Shown: in pieces, positions 26,598-37,207 of the stretch
Numbering within the stretch: position 1 is the stretch's first letter
How the letters are laid out: each line of letters starts with the position of its first letter
Origin: a virus
Lineage: Duplodnaviria > Caudoviricetes
Direction: 5' to 3' (one strand)
Length of the DNA: 44,718 bases
Virus record (IMG/VR): IMGVR_UViG_3300037962_000729
Location: 1 to 44,718 of that record
Translations under genes and position numbers: made by a program
Notes under the pieces: model-generated
What the model was told of the DNA's origin: nothing
What the model saw: only the letters and a program-made list of their open reading frames with translations
The model's database searches: none

Positions 26598-26912
26598 ATG
26601 CTCGTTAAAAACAATACAGCAAGAATCATCGGTATTAACAGTCAAGGTGAAAAATCAGTCAAAGTTTTACCTGGCGACAATCCCGCCGTTGAAATCACAG
26701 CAAAAATGGCAAAGCTTGATTTTGTGAAAGAATTAATCAAACAAGGTCAATTGGTTGTTGTCACGGAAGAAGAATCTGAAGACAAACCTAAAACTGAAAA
26801 AGAACAGTTAATCGAAGACATTGAAGCATTAGGTATTGAAGCTAAATCAAGCTGGACTATCAAGCAGTTGAAAGAAGAACTTGAAAAAGCGTTAAGCGTT
26901 AGAAGAATCTGA
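26598..26912 (+). CDS. Phage protein after the capsid gene (C-terminal HeH-like helix pair)
   Basis: GGAGA RBS; synteny. Confidence 0.65.
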   Translation: MLVKNNTARIIGINSQGEKSVKVLPGDNPAVEITAKMAKLDFVKELIKQGQLVVVTEEESEDKPKTEKEQLIEDIEALGIEAKSSWTIKQLKEELEKALSVRRI

Positions 26913-26923
26913 AGACTAATCAA

Positions 26924-27343
26924 ATGGACATCACCTCATCAATTATCGCCTCGTTTCGTGGTGTTCAGCCCGCCTTTGCAGATGATACAAAGTGGCCTGA
27001 TGCCATTGTAGAAAATGCACTGTATGAGGCTGACTCGGAAACAGGCGGTAGTGGTTGGGGTGGATTTGAAGATGAAGGGCACAACTTCAAGCGGCGTGGC
27101 ATGTATTACTACGCTGCGCACTGGTTGTCAGTTACCTACCTGACACAAGATGCCAGTGATACAAGCAATATCAGCCCTAATGCCCGTTTAAATGTGTCGC
27201 AAAAATCCGTTGGTGATGAATCTATTCAGTACCGGATAACTGCAATGCAGGAAACAGGAGATGACTGGCTTTCACTGACCAACTACGGCGTTCAGTTTTT
27301 ACGTCTTCGTCGTCGTGCTGGCATGGGTGCGAGAGCAGTCTAG
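26924..27343 (+). CDS. Head-tail adaptor (DUF4054)
   Basis: FRGVQPAF...AAHWL...SVGDESIQY...TNYGVQF. Confidence 0.85.
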   Translation: MDITSSIIASFRGVQPAFADDTKWPDAIVENALYEADSETGGSGWGGFEDEGHNFKRRGMYYYAAHWLSVTYLTQDASDTSNISPNARLNVSQKSVGDESIQYRITAMQETGDDWLSLTNYGVQFLRLRRRAGMGARAV

Positions 27344-27807
27344 TGACCGTAAAAATAACCGGACTGCAACAAGTCAGGGACGCATTAAAAAAAGAGTTAG
27401 ACAAGTTTAGTAGTGAGTATGCCTTGATTGGTATTCATGAAGATGCAGGCAATGTTGAGGGTGAAAACTTCACTATGGCAACGCTCGGCGCTACTCAGCA
27501 TTTTGGCAACGACAGAGTGCCAGCAAGGCCCTTTCTTGATTTAGGCGTTGCGAAAGGTAATCAAGAGTACCTGCATACCATTCAGAAAGGCATTAAAGAC
27601 GGATTAACCAGCAAACAGATTGTCGAGCGAGTTGGTTTATTGGCTGTCGGTAATGTTAAAGAATATATAACGGATTTAAGAAGCCCGCCTAATGCGCCAA
27701 GCACAATTAAGCGTAAAGGCAGCTCTAATCCGCTAATTGATACCGGCGCTATGAGGGCGAGTATCAAGCACATCGTATCGTCTAAAAAGCCAGAGGAATC
27801 GTTATGA
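27343..27807 (+). CDS. Neck/tail-completion protein
   Basis: PARPFL...PNAPSTIKRKGSSNPLIDTG. Confidence 0.85.
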   Translation: MTVKITGLQQVRDALKKELDKFSSEYALIGIHEDAGNVEGENFTMATLGATQHFGNDRVPARPFLDLGVAKGNQEYLHTIQKGIKDGLTSKQIVERVGLLAVGNVKEYITDLRSPPNAPSTIKRKGSSNPLIDTGAMRASIKHIVSSKKPEESL

Positions 27808-28157
27808 GCTTAAGTATGTCGGGTCATATCGATGATGTGTTTGAGTCTGGTGAGGTCACGCTGATTTATAGCGCTGGCAGTTATGTTGACGGTATTTGGG
27901 AAGAGGGAACACCTGAAACAGAAGTCTATACGGCAGATATTCAGCCTTTAAATGATAAAGAGCTTGGCAATCTGTTAATGGGTGGTCAGCGGATATTGGA
28001 TTCAAGAAAACTCTATATCAATGACGGAAACCTTGCTCTGCTAAAGCTTGGTAAGGATATGCAGTTTCTTGATGAGGACTGGAAGATTGTCTCTCGTGAT
28101 GTAAGGGAAAATCGCAATTACGCAAAAATAGTGGTGGTGAGATACGATGACCAATGA
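27804..28157 (+). CDS. Head closure protein
   Basis: GSYVDGIWEEG...IQP pattern; synteny. Confidence 0.7.
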   Translation: MSLSMSGHIDDVFESGEVTLIYSAGSYVDGIWEEGTPETEVYTADIQPLNDKELGNLLMGGQRILDSRKLYINDGNLALLKLGKDMQFLDEDWKIVSRDVRENRNYAKIVVVRYDDQ

Positions 28158-28677
28158 AGAGTTATTCACTATCTTACGCCCCCATATATTGGCATTAACG
28201 GGCGTTCCTGAATGCATGCTTTATGCACAGAACGCAGACGCGCCACAAGGCGAATATGCCTCAGTAAATCCACGCTATGCCATTGAGGAAAGAGGTCAGG
28301 CCAACATCTATCGAAAAGATGTACCGGGCGATCTCGTTGAATCAGATGTAAGACCACAAGCCATGATCACGGTTGCCGTTGAGTTCTTTCGCGGTGAAGC
28401 ATTAGAGCGTGCTGAACGCTTATTGCAGATGGGAAAAATAGAAACCGTCACATGGGATTTATTCAAACACAAACTATCCATTAGAAACACAAGCGGCGTT
28501 CTCAATTTAACGGCGCTGCAATCAAGCAACTTTGAGCAACGTGCGCGTATTGAGCTCTATCTATGGGCAGAACTCAGCACGAAATACACCGTTAACAACA
28601 TTTTGGGAACGTCCATTGTGGCGGAAAACGAGGATGGCGACACCATCCAAGAAATTGATATAGACATAAGAGGCTAA
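28147..28677 (+). CDS. Tail terminator/neck protein
   Basis: Synteny before the sheath gene; E.RA.I C-terminal pattern. Confidence 0.7.
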   Translation: MTNEELFTILRPHILALTGVPECMLYAQNADAPQGEYASVNPRYAIEERGQANIYRKDVPGDLVESDVRPQAMITVAVEFFRGEALERAERLLQMGKIETVTWDLFKHKLSIRNTSGVLNLTALQSSNFEQRARIELYLWAELSTKYTVNNILGTSIVAENEDGDTIQEIDIDIRG

Positions 28678-28680
28678 CAA

Positions 28681-29820
28681 ATGGCTTATCCAGCAGACAG
28701 AATCATTCAGGTAAATGCGAGAATCAGCCCTGCTGGTTTGGGCTTTGCCAATTTTGCATCAGCTACATTGTTTGCTGATTCGACAGAGATTGGATCGCTA
28801 ACAAAAGACACATACAAAACCTATTTCGATATTACTGAAGTGGCAGCGGATTACGCTGATACCACTGACACATATAAAGCCGCTGCTAAATGGCTAGGCG
28901 GCACACCTAAGATGCGTCAAATTAATATCTGGGTTACCGATCCAGCCGATGCCACATTAACAGCAACACTTAACAAGGCCCGTGATTCATTCTGGTGGTA
29001 TTGGACGCTTTTCACTGCTGACACATACGCAGATGCGGCAGAGGTGTTATTGGCGGCTGCATGGTGTGAAGAAAATGCAAGTATGTTTGTTGATAATCAA
29101 ACTGGAACAGCAGTAGCTGCAATTCGTGATCAGAATGATGATACCGATATTGCCACACAATTAACCACACTGGGTTATCGCCATGCTTACACAGCGGCTC
29201 ATGCTACTGATGCTTACGCAGGAACGGCGCTAGCTAAACATTTTGCAGCCGTCAATTACAGTGGTGAAAACACAACCATTACCGGCGAGTTTAAAAAGTC
29301 ACCTGGCGTTGCTTCTGAGGACTTAAAAGGCAGTGAAATTGCCGCAATGGAAGCCGACACGAAGAAAGCGACATTTTATGCAACAGTTGAACTGCAAGGC
29401 TCATCTGATGTTGGCCGCTGGTTAAACACCATCACGCACAGCACCTACGGCGAATACATTGATGATGTGGTCAACCTTGATGCGTTTATTAATACGTTGA
29501 CGGTAAGCACATACAACACCATTGCAAATGTCCCAACAAAACTGAGACAAACGCCACGAGGACAGGCAGTAATTCTTGCATCTGTTGAAGATGATTGCCA
29601 GAAGTTCATCACTAACGGATACATGGGGCCGCGCATCTATACAGACCCCGATGATGGCATTGAGAAATACACTGTAGGTTATGAAATCCTAACCAAGCCT
29701 GAAGATATATTAGTTATATCTGATGAGGATAGAAATATCAGACTATCAGCCCCTATTCGAGTTCGTATATTCCGAGCAGGTGCCATCCATAAATCAATCA
29801 TCGACCTAAGCGTCTTTTAA
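28681..29820 (+). CDS. Tail sheath protein (DUF3383)
   Basis: GEYIDDVV...QTPRG...R..RLSAPI...AGAIH C-terminal sheath motif. Confidence 0.88.
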   Translation: MAYPADRIIQVNARISPAGLGFANFASATLFADSTEIGSLTKDTYKTYFDITEVAADYADTTDTYKAAAKWLGGTPKMRQINIWVTDPADATLTATLNKARDSFWWYWTLFTADTYADAAEVLLAAAWCEENASMFVDNQTGTAVAAIRDQNDDTDIATQLTTLGYRHAYTAAHATDAYAGTALAKHFAAVNYSGENTTITGEFKKSPGVASEDLKGSEIAAMEADTKKATFYATVELQGSSDVGRWLNTITHSTYGEYIDDVVNLDAFINTLTVSTYNTIANVPTKLRQTPRGQAVILASVEDDCQKFITNGYMGPRIYTDPDDGIEKYTVGYEILTKPEDILVISDEDRNIRLSAPIRVRIFRAGAIHKSIIDLSVF

Positions 29821-29831
29821 GGAAAACTGAT

Positions 29832-30245
29832 ATGGCAATAAATAATTTCAGCGTTGAACAGATTGTTGTAACGGTAAATGGTCGAGAAATTACTGATTGG
29901 GGCGAGTCTGAGCAGCCAATTAGCGAAGCTCCTATTGATCCAAAAGCAACGTTACGCAGAGGCAAAGGTGGCGGTGCGGTTCGTCTTGATAGGGTGAACC
30001 CAGGTCGAGCAGTGACTTTATCATTAAATCCTGGCAGTCCAGACTCAGCCTATATGCAATCGTTATTTAATAGCAATGCGACAATTACTTACACAAGACA
30101 AGTTATCGGCACACTTGAAAAAGTTATTGGCACTGAAGGCGTAATTGTAAATGATGGCCCTGTAAATCGTGGCGGTCAGACAATATCTGACGATGAATAC
30201 ATGATCGAACTAAACGCTTGGACTGGCATTAAAGGTGGCGAATAA
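29832..30245 (+). CDS. Tail tube protein
   Basis: Follows the sheath gene; 137-aa beta-rich, VTVNGREITDW. Confidence 0.8.
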   Translation: MAINNFSVEQIVVTVNGREITDWGESEQPISEAPIDPKATLRRGKGGGAVRLDRVNPGRAVTLSLNPGSPDSAYMQSLFNSNATITYTRQVIGTLEKVIGTEGVIVNDGPVNRGGQTISDDEYMIELNAWTGIKGGE

Positions 30246-30646
30246 TGTCCGTGGTTGAATCATTCACCGTTGGTAATACCACTTACAACGTGGCGCGTGC
30301 ATCAGCTGTACAGCAAGATGAAGTGTTGAGCATTTTGACGGCTGCATTAATTCAGCGTCTTGTTGCAGCCGGTGAAAACAATATTGATGCAGATGAATCA
30401 GTTTTATTTCCAATGATGATGTCATTGCCATTTCAGGTTAAACAAAAGTTCGATGAGCTTTTAATGTCTCGTATCACAATCAGTGGGCGTGAAGACTTTA
30501 TCGGTTACAAAGACTTTGACGGCAAGGTCACCGACTACAACCGGCTACGTGCAAAAGTATTGAAGTGGAACCTTGAAGGTTTTTTTACCTACTGGGCAGA
30601 AGAAAAAAGCGCCGCAATTCAGGCAATGCAAGAAAGTCAGCAATAA
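30245..30646 (+). CDS. Tail assembly chaperone (gpG-like)
   Basis: Lies between tube and tape measure; slippery T-run at N..GFF. Confidence 0.8.
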   Translation: MSVVESFTVGNTTYNVARASAVQQDEVLSILTAALIQRLVAAGENNIDADESVLFPMMMSLPFQVKQKFDELLMSRITISGREDFIGYKDFDGKVTDYNRLRAKVLKWNLEGFFTYWAEEKSAAIQAMQESQQ

Positions 30647-30813
30647 ACTGGCACCTGATGCGCCCATGCACAGGCATTCACGGCATCTGTCCACCGTTAT
30701 GCACATGGGCTGAGCTTAATAATGGCACCTATTCACTTGAGGACGTTGAAATGTTTAATCAGACAATGAATCAAATGATTGCCGATTACAAAGCGTCAGT
30801 GGCGAATAAATAG
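30580..30813 (+). CDS. -1 frameshift extension of the tail chaperone (gpGT-like)
   Basis: T TTT TTT at 30580-30586; the -1 frame stays open to TAG at 30811-30813 (...INWHLMRPCTG...LCTWAELNNGTYSLEDVEMFN...). Confidence 0.8.
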   Translation, partial: FFYLLGRRKKRRNSGNARKSAINWHLMRPCTGIHGICPPLCTWAELNNGTYSLEDVEMFNQTMNQMIADYKASVANK

Positions 30814-31952
30814 TGAATACAATAAAAAACTTCCTTGTCGGTGTAGGCCTTGATACAAAGGACTTTGATAAAGGCTCTGAGAAAGTTGATAAGGGCTTAG
30901 ATAGCTTCAGAACAAAGGCGGGATTTGCTGGCGCGGCAATGGTGAGCGCTATGGTCGGCGCTGGTCTTGCTGCTGTTAACGCTGGAAGCAGAATAGATAA
31001 ACTTAACCTATCAACGTCTGGCATGGATGCATCCACCAAGTTTGTGCATGACTATGGCGGTGCGCTAACCATGCTTGGCGGTGAAGCCAGCGAAGCAGAG
31101 CAAGCCTTAAAACGTGTTGAAACAGCTTTAACCAATTTCAGAGTAAAAGGTGACTTTGGTGATTTTCAAAATATCGCCTTAGCTGGTATTGATACCACTG
31201 CATTAACACAAGCCAAAGATAGTGAAGAATTTATCAAAATACTGGCTGAGTTAACGCCTGAGCTAAACAAAGACCAGCAACGTATTTTGCAAGAGTCTTT
31301 CGGTTTTTCTGATGCGGTCATGCAGTCATTGAGGGGCGGTAGACAGGCTTTAGATCAAAACATTGCACGAGTAGCAGAGTTGACAGGTGATTTTACAAAA
31401 GCCACGGAGTCAGCACGAGAATATAACAAACAGATAGCAGAACTTCAGTTAAGAATTGAGGGTATTGGAAACTCTCTGGCAACAAGCATGTTACCAGGCA
31501 TTAACGGAATATTAGATGCTTTCGGCAATTTTATTGACGACAACAAAAGCTTTATCGAGAGCGCGATAGAAAATCCATCAAATGCCGCTAAGTCAGCCAT
31601 TATGAGTGGTTATTCAATGCACCCGGGTGTGATGCTTTATGAGTCATATAAAAATGGTTCGCTAGGTAATGCATGGGATGACACAAAATCAAGTGTTGGC
31701 GGCTGGTTAGGTGTTGATGATATGCGTCAAGGCGCTGTAGATAGTAATGATGTAAAAACCATCACCCCTGATTTTACGTTTAGAGATACATCGACAGGTG
31801 AAGTGACAAAATACACACCACCTGAAATTAAGAACAATTTAGATATTACCCTTGAGTTAGATGGTAGAGCGATTGAGTCAAAAGTAACTAATGTTATTGA
31901 AAGACGTGAGCAGGCCACTATCGACGACATGCAATCAACCACGGTCAGATAA
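30813..31952 (+). CDS. Tape measure protein (short, 379 aa)
   Basis: TIKNFLVGVGLD start, Ala/Gly-rich helical composition, follows the chaperones. Confidence 0.85.
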   Translation: MNTIKNFLVGVGLDTKDFDKGSEKVDKGLDSFRTKAGFAGAAMVSAMVGAGLAAVNAGSRIDKLNLSTSGMDASTKFVHDYGGALTMLGGEASEAEQALKRVETALTNFRVKGDFGDFQNIALAGIDTTALTQAKDSEEFIKILAELTPELNKDQQRILQESFGFSDAVMQSLRGGRQALDQNIARVAELTGDFTKATESAREYNKQIAELQLRIEGIGNSLATSMLPGINGILDAFGNFIDDNKSFIESAIENPSNAAKSAIMSGYSMHPGVMLYESYKNGSLGNAWDDTKSSVGGWLGVDDMRQGAVDSNDVKTITPDFTFRDTSTGEVTKYTPPEIKNNLDITLELDGRAIESKVTNVIERREQATIDDMQSTTVR

Positions 31953-32618
31953 ATGAGTGTCATTAATTTACTATTTCGGCAGTCACCTAAGCTTGCCGGG
32001 TATGAGTTTGATGCTGTTTTAGAAGACACCATTGATGCGAGTATTCAGCTGACACGCTATCCGGTTGAGTCTGGGGCGATGGTTAACGATCACCGAATCA
32101 TTAACCCGATTAAGTATTACCTGACAGGTGCTGTTAGTAATAACCCTATCAAGCCGATTCTGACTGATTTTGTCGGACTAGCTACAGAGATTGATAGTAA
32201 CAACCCGTATATTGCGACCATTGCTGGTTTATCTATCGGATTCCTGTCTGGTTCCAATGAGACAAGAGCGTCAAGTGCGCTGCAATTCCTCATTGATTTG
32301 ATGGTAGTCGGCCTGCCTTTTGATGTAGATACCGTCGATGCAAATCTGGCTAACATGGTGATTACCAGAATTAGCCGGACAAGCAATGCACAGAATGAAA
32401 ACGGCTTAATCTTTATTGCTGAACTGCAAGAACTGATTACGCTTGATAGATTGCCAGATATTCTGCAACCTTCACAAGTGCAACTTCCCGATGGTGATCC
32501 ATGTAAAAGCGCGGCGGCGGCTGATGTGAAAAGTGGTCAGCGTGTAGGTTCTGATCCATCAGCAGCGCAAACCACAGCCATTGAACAAGTGCTGCAATAT
32601 GGCGGGGTGGATATATGA
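31953..32618 (+). CDS. Baseplate/tube-initiator protein (Dit-like)
   Basis: FDAVLE...TRYPVESGAMVNDH. Confidence 0.82.
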   Translation: MSVINLLFRQSPKLAGYEFDAVLEDTIDASIQLTRYPVESGAMVNDHRIINPIKYYLTGAVSNNPIKPILTDFVGLATEIDSNNPYIATIAGLSIGFLSGSNETRASSALQFLIDLMVVGLPFDVDTVDANLANMVITRISRTSNAQNENGLIFIAELQELITLDRLPDILQPSQVQLPDGDPCKSAAAADVKSGQRVGSDPSAAQTTAIEQVLQYGGVDI

Positions 32619-32908
32619 TCACCATTCCATTACTGGCCGGCTCAGAAAACGCGCATCAGCAGTTTTCAATGCAGCTTGGTAACAACTACATCGATTTTGT
32701 TATTAACTACGTGTCATACCTAGATTTACCTGCATGGACAGTTGATTTATACCGTGATGGCACGCCGCTTGTTTACGGTGCAATGCTTGAGCCGAACGCC
32801 AATATTATCGAAGGCTATCAGCTTGGTATTGGTTCACTCGTATTTATCGGTGAAGAGGTCACGCTAGATAATTTAGGTATCGACAACGCTCTAATCTGGA
32901 CACCGTAA
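32615..32908 (+). CDS. Small baseplate protein
   Basis: IPL...QQFSMQL...W..DL...LG...L pattern; synteny. Confidence 0.72.
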   Translation: MITIPLLAGSENAHQQFSMQLGNNYIDFVINYVSYLDLPAWTVDLYRDGTPLVYGAMLEPNANIIEGYQLGIGSLVFIGEEVTLDNLGIDNALIWTP

Positions 32909-34323
32909 TGGCTCAATACTTAAGACGGTGGCAACTTGACATTGACGGTGTTGAGTTTGCAAAGGGTGGTAGCGATAGACAGTTAAGAATTGTTTTTGAC
33001 GTGATTGTGTCACCTCAAAACACACAGTCATTTGCAGATATCAGGCTGTATAACTTAGCTAAAAGCAATGTGATAAGTAAAGATTCTACCATCACGCTAA
33101 GAGCTGGTTTTGAAAACAGTGTTGACCAGATTTTTAGCGGAATCATCACTAACGTACTGCCAGAAAGGGAAGGCGCAAGTACAGCAACAAGAATGCTTTG
33201 CAAGTCAGGTTCACCAGCTAATGATAGAGGCTCTGCCAATGCATCATACGGCGCAGGCACAAAGGTTGTTGATGTATTAAAAGACCTGGCCAACTCATGG
33301 CCTAGACGCCTTGAGCTTGACGAAACGCAGTTTAATGACAACCCGGTATTTATCAGTGGGTTTATTGCTGATGGTGATATACCCAAGATATTAAACGATC
33401 TCGGTTACCAGTTTAATTTTACATGGGTCAATGAGCGCGGAACGCTGGTTATTACCAGGAAAGGCAAAACGCGTAGCACGCCGATATTTGAGGTGAATCA
33501 GTACACGGGCATGATTGGCATGCCTGAAGTTAATCGTGGTCCTGATGGCCTTGGTGTCAATGTGAATATGCGGATTAACCCATATATTCGTACAACCAGC
33601 CGTATTAACGTTAAGTCAGAGTTCAGTACCTTTAATACGGGCAATATCTTTATTCAACCTTTATCTGGTGACTCGTCGGCAAATGGACTCTATAACGTGC
33701 TGGCTATGTCTTACTCAGGTGATAGTCATGGTGATACATGGGACTTGACGATTGACGCTATTAGGCCGGGACAGGCAGCAACACAGACAGCACCAAACAT
33801 TGATGCTCAGCAATCAACTGGCTCATTAGTTTGGGGCGCGAAAGTATCAAAAGAATTTAGGGCTAAGGTTCGAGAAATTGCTAATAACCTTGGTATGAAT
33901 GCTGACTGGATCATGTCAGTCATTGCGTTTGAAACGGGTAACTCGTTTGACCCATCGGCGTTTAATAAGTCAGGTGCTACAGGTTTAATTCAGTTCATTC
34001 CGTCAACAGCACGCTATTTAGGCACCAGTACAGCAGCCTTATCCAGAATGACAGCGGTACAGCAGCTTGATTATGTTGAACGCTACTATGAGGACTATGC
34101 AAGCCGCATTAGAAATATAGGTGATGCTTATATGGCTGTGTTGTGGCCTGCTGGAATTAATCGTGCTGATTCATACGTGCTTTGGCAAAAGGTCGGCAAG
34201 TACGCGAGAGAATACGCCCAAAACGCCGGGCTTGATAAAAACGATGATGACACGATTACTCGCGGCGAAGCAGTTGAGCGAGTCAATGACAGCTATAAAC
34301 AAGGGCTTAAATATCTACGATGA
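32908..34323 (+). CDS. Baseplate hub protein fused to a C-terminal lytic transglycosylase
   Basis: Hub N-terminus (ADIRLYNL...LRAG...IFSG...TGMIGMP...GDSHG..W); C-terminal IAFETG...GATGLIQF SLT motifs. Confidence 0.85.
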   Translation: MAQYLRRWQLDIDGVEFAKGGSDRQLRIVFDVIVSPQNTQSFADIRLYNLAKSNVISKDSTITLRAGFENSVDQIFSGIITNVLPEREGASTATRMLCKSGSPANDRGSANASYGAGTKVVDVLKDLANSWPRRLELDETQFNDNPVFISGFIADGDIPKILNDLGYQFNFTWVNERGTLVITRKGKTRSTPIFEVNQYTGMIGMPEVNRGPDGLGVNVNMRINPYIRTTSRINVKSEFSTFNTGNIFIQPLSGDSSANGLYNVLAMSYSGDSHGDTWDLTIDAIRPGQAATQTAPNIDAQQSTGSLVWGAKVSKEFRAKVREIANNLGMNADWIMSVIAFETGNSFDPSAFNKSGATGLIQFIPSTARYLGTSTAALSRMTAVQQLDYVERYYEDYASRIRNIGDAYMAVLWPAGINRADSYVLWQKVGKYAREYAQNAGLDKNDDDTITRGEAVERVNDSYKQGLKYLR

Positions 34324-35000
34324 GTAATTCACCTAACACGAATAGCTCATCTGGAATGATTGAGTCCGCCTTTAGAGAATTAATGAAGGGCGTTTATACC
34401 TGCGTACCTGGGTATGTTATTTCTTTGATTGATTCAGGCAGTAAGCAGCGTGCACAAATACAAGTAGGTATTGAGCGTGTTGACGTAAATGGTGCTTCGT
34501 TTGCACTAAAGCCAATTATTGATGTGCCAGTGCATTTCCCTGGCGGCGATTACTGCATTGAATACGAGATCAATAAAGGCTGTGAAGGGCTGATCATGTT
34601 CTCTCAGCGCTGTACCGATGGCTGGAAAAACACAGGTGGTATTGCACAAAACCCAATAGGGCGTATGCATGACTTACAAGATGCCTTTTTTATTCCTGGG
34701 TTTCGCAGTGATGGCAATGTGCTTGCTGATTTGCAGAATAACGGTATCAGGCTGAGAAACAAATCAGGCAGTCAGTACGCATGGTTAAAAAACGATGACA
34801 GCATTGAGATTGAAAACGGTCTAGGACATATACGCATGGCGGCTGATGGAACAGTCACTATTAATAATGTTGTGATCACACCTGAAGGCCTTATCACTAC
34901 ACCTGAAAACATTGTGTGGGGTAGCGGTTCTATCAGTGGTGAAGATCATGTTCACTCAGGCGTTGATCCAGGTGCAGGAAACTCGGGGCCACCAGTATGA
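34320..35000 (+). CDS. Baseplate spike (Gp138-like)
   Basis: DVPVHFP, RMHDLQDAFFIPG and C-terminal HxH (DHVHSGV). Confidence 0.88.
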   Translation: MSNSPNTNSSSGMIESAFRELMKGVYTCVPGYVISLIDSGSKQRAQIQVGIERVDVNGASFALKPIIDVPVHFPGGDYCIEYEINKGCEGLIMFSQRCTDGWKNTGGIAQNPIGRMHDLQDAFFIPGFRSDGNVLADLQNNGIRLRNKSGSQYAWLKNDDSIEIENGLGHIRMAADGTVTINNVVITPEGLITTPENIVWGSGSISGEDHVHSGVDPGAGNSGPPV

Positions 35001-35365
35001 CGGTAAGAGCATTAGATGAAAACGGCGATATCGTCACGTATGGCGATATTTTTATATCCGGAAGAGAAGAGATTGCACAAACCTGCGTGACACGGTTAAA
35101 GCTGTTCTTGGGTGAGTATTTCCGTGATGTAACAGACGGCACGCCATGGTTTCAGCAGATACTTGGCAAATTCGGAAACTTGAATAATGTCGAGTCACTA
35201 CTGAGAAACAGGATTGCACGAACACCTGGCGTGGTAAGGCTTCTATCTTTCAATCTTGATTATGACCTGCAAAAAAGAACCATAACTGTATCAAGTTATG
35301 TGCTAACAAAATTCGGCGAAACAGAGGTTTTATACAATGGCACAGTTGACAGCTCAGGGTTATAA
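34997..35365 (+). CDS. Baseplate wedge / sheath initiator (gp25-like)
   Basis: RALDENGD...RLKLFLGEYFRD...GTPW. Confidence 0.85.
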   Translation: MTVRALDENGDIVTYGDIFISGREEIAQTCVTRLKLFLGEYFRDVTDGTPWFQQILGKFGNLNNVESLLRNRIARTPGVVRLLSFNLDYDLQKRTITVSSYVLTKFGETEVLYNGTVDSSGL

Positions 35366-36557
35366 GTTAAAAACTCAGAACGAGTGGTACGATGAAGAGC
35401 GTCAACTTTATTTAGATATTGATGCTGATTGGAACCTCGATCCATCAACGCCAGATGGTTTAAAAATGGCTCATGATGCAGAGGTGTTCTCTGCACTCGA
35501 TGAAACACTGCAACAAGCCTACAACTCGAAAGACCCAAACAAAGCGCGTGGTAAAGAGTTAGATATTGTCTCTGCACTGACATTCACCACTCGATCACTG
35601 GGTACACCTTCAGACGTTGAGCTGTTATTCAGTGGCAATCCAGGCGCAACGGTTTTGTCCGGTGCCATTATTGAATCAGAAACAACGGGTTCAAGATGGG
35701 TGATTGATCAGGCTTATACCTTGGATGGTTCAGGGCAGGCCACCGCTACAGCAACCTGTACCGTTATCGGTCAGACTCAAGCTGATGCTGGAACGTTGAC
35801 TAAAATAATTACTACCATGTCAGGGGTGGTGAGCGTTACCAATCCTTCACCAGCAACACCAGGCACAACAAAAGAAAGAGACGCATCTCTACGACTAAAG
35901 CGTAAAGCTTCAGTGGCTAGACCTGGATCAAATCAGGTTGGTTCAACATATGGAGAGCTTTACTCGGTAGAAGGTGTAAGGCGCGTTAGGGTTTACGAAA
36001 ACTTTACTGGTTCTGCAACTGTTGATCCGGTTTTTAATCCACACGGTTTACCTGCACATTCAATGGCCGTCATCGTAGATGGTGGTGATGATTATGATGT
36101 CGCTTATGCTATTTATTTAAAGAAAAACCCTGGACCACAATTAGTTGATGTTGGTGATGATGTAACTGTCATCGTCACGGACGAAGAATATCTAACAAAC
36201 ACACAGCCAATTCTTTTCAATCGACCAACTTATGTCGATATGGTGATCGCAATTGAGCTGACTGATGACAATGACGAATTACCGGAAGACATTGAAAACC
36301 TAATACAAGAAGCCTTTCTTGAGTTTGCTAACGGGTCAATGACTTCTCCCTCATGCGGGTTTAGAAATAGAGGTTTTGAAATAGGCGAGTCAGTGCCTTA
36401 TAGCAGTCTTTATACACCAATAAATCATGTTATTGAGCCTTACGGCAACGCCTATGTATCGGCGCTTACAGTTAATGGCGCAACAACCAATCAGGCGATT
36501 GCATATAACGAGCTAAGCCGTTGGACTGAATCAAACATCACCGTGACGATTGCCTAA
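35337..36557 (+). CDS. Baseplate J-like protein
   Basis: PSTPDG, VTNP..A.PG..KERDASLR, VYEN and PAHS...VDGG. Confidence 0.9.
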   Translation: MAQLTAQGYKLKTQNEWYDEERQLYLDIDADWNLDPSTPDGLKMAHDAEVFSALDETLQQAYNSKDPNKARGKELDIVSALTFTTRSLGTPSDVELLFSGNPGATVLSGAIIESETTGSRWVIDQAYTLDGSGQATATATCTVIGQTQADAGTLTKIITTMSGVVSVTNPSPATPGTTKERDASLRLKRKASVARPGSNQVGSTYGELYSVEGVRRVRVYENFTGSATVDPVFNPHGLPAHSMAVIVDGGDDYDVAYAIYLKKNPGPQLVDVGDDVTVIVTDEEYLTNTQPILFNRPTYVDMVIAIELTDDNDELPEDIENLIQEAFLEFANGSMTSPSCGFRNRGFEIGESVPYSSLYTPINHVIEPYGNAYVSALTVNGATTNQAIAYNELSRWTESNITVTIA

Positions 36558-37207
36558 TGAATCTGCCAGATAGGATTTACAGTCAGTATCGGACTAAGCC
36601 GAAGCTAGTCGATTGGATGAATATTGCCCGTAAACTAGGCGGTGATATAGAAGCTGCGGCTGAAGCGGTTAGGTATTCATACGATATTGATACGGCGGCA
36701 GGTGAACAGCTTGACATCATTGCAAGAATCGTCGTTATTGACCGTGGGTTTATTGCCAACATTCCGCTTGATCAAGTAAGGGCTGACGCAGTTGAATCAA
36801 CGCAAGCAAGGGCTGGTGATGGTTCAAGAGCATCAGCCAAAACCGCTGCATCTGATTCTACTATGTCAGATGGTCTACTTCGCATTGCAATTAAAGCCAA
36901 AATAGCGAAAAACAATGGTGATGCAACCATCCGAAGCATATTAAAACAGATGATGATCATAGCTCCAAATATCGAATACATCTCTGTTTTCGATAATCAG
37001 GATATGACATTCGGTATTGAGTTTTCTGGTGATATCGACCCACTAACAAGATGGGCACTTTTTAATTCAGACTTAATTCAAAGGCCGCAAGGCGTTCAAT
37101 TTTTAGGTATCACAGAAAAATCAGATTTTTATAGGGCTGCCCCAACTGCTGATGCAGTAAGAGCTGGGCAAGAAGATATCAGAGCAAGAAGATATAGGGG
37201 CGAATAA
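36557..37207 (+). CDS. Baseplate wedge protein (DUF2612)
   Basis: IYSQY, DIDTAAGEQLDIIARIV, IKAKIAKN and RPQGV. Confidence 0.85.
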   Translation: MNLPDRIYSQYRTKPKLVDWMNIARKLGGDIEAAAEAVRYSYDIDTAAGEQLDIIARIVVIDRGFIANIPLDQVRADAVESTQARAGDGSRASAKTAASDSTMSDGLLRIAIKAKIAKNNGDATIRSILKQMMIIAPNIEYISVFDNQDMTFGIEFSGDIDPLTRWALFNSDLIQRPQGVQFLGITEKSDFYRAAPTADAVRAGQEDIRARRYRGE

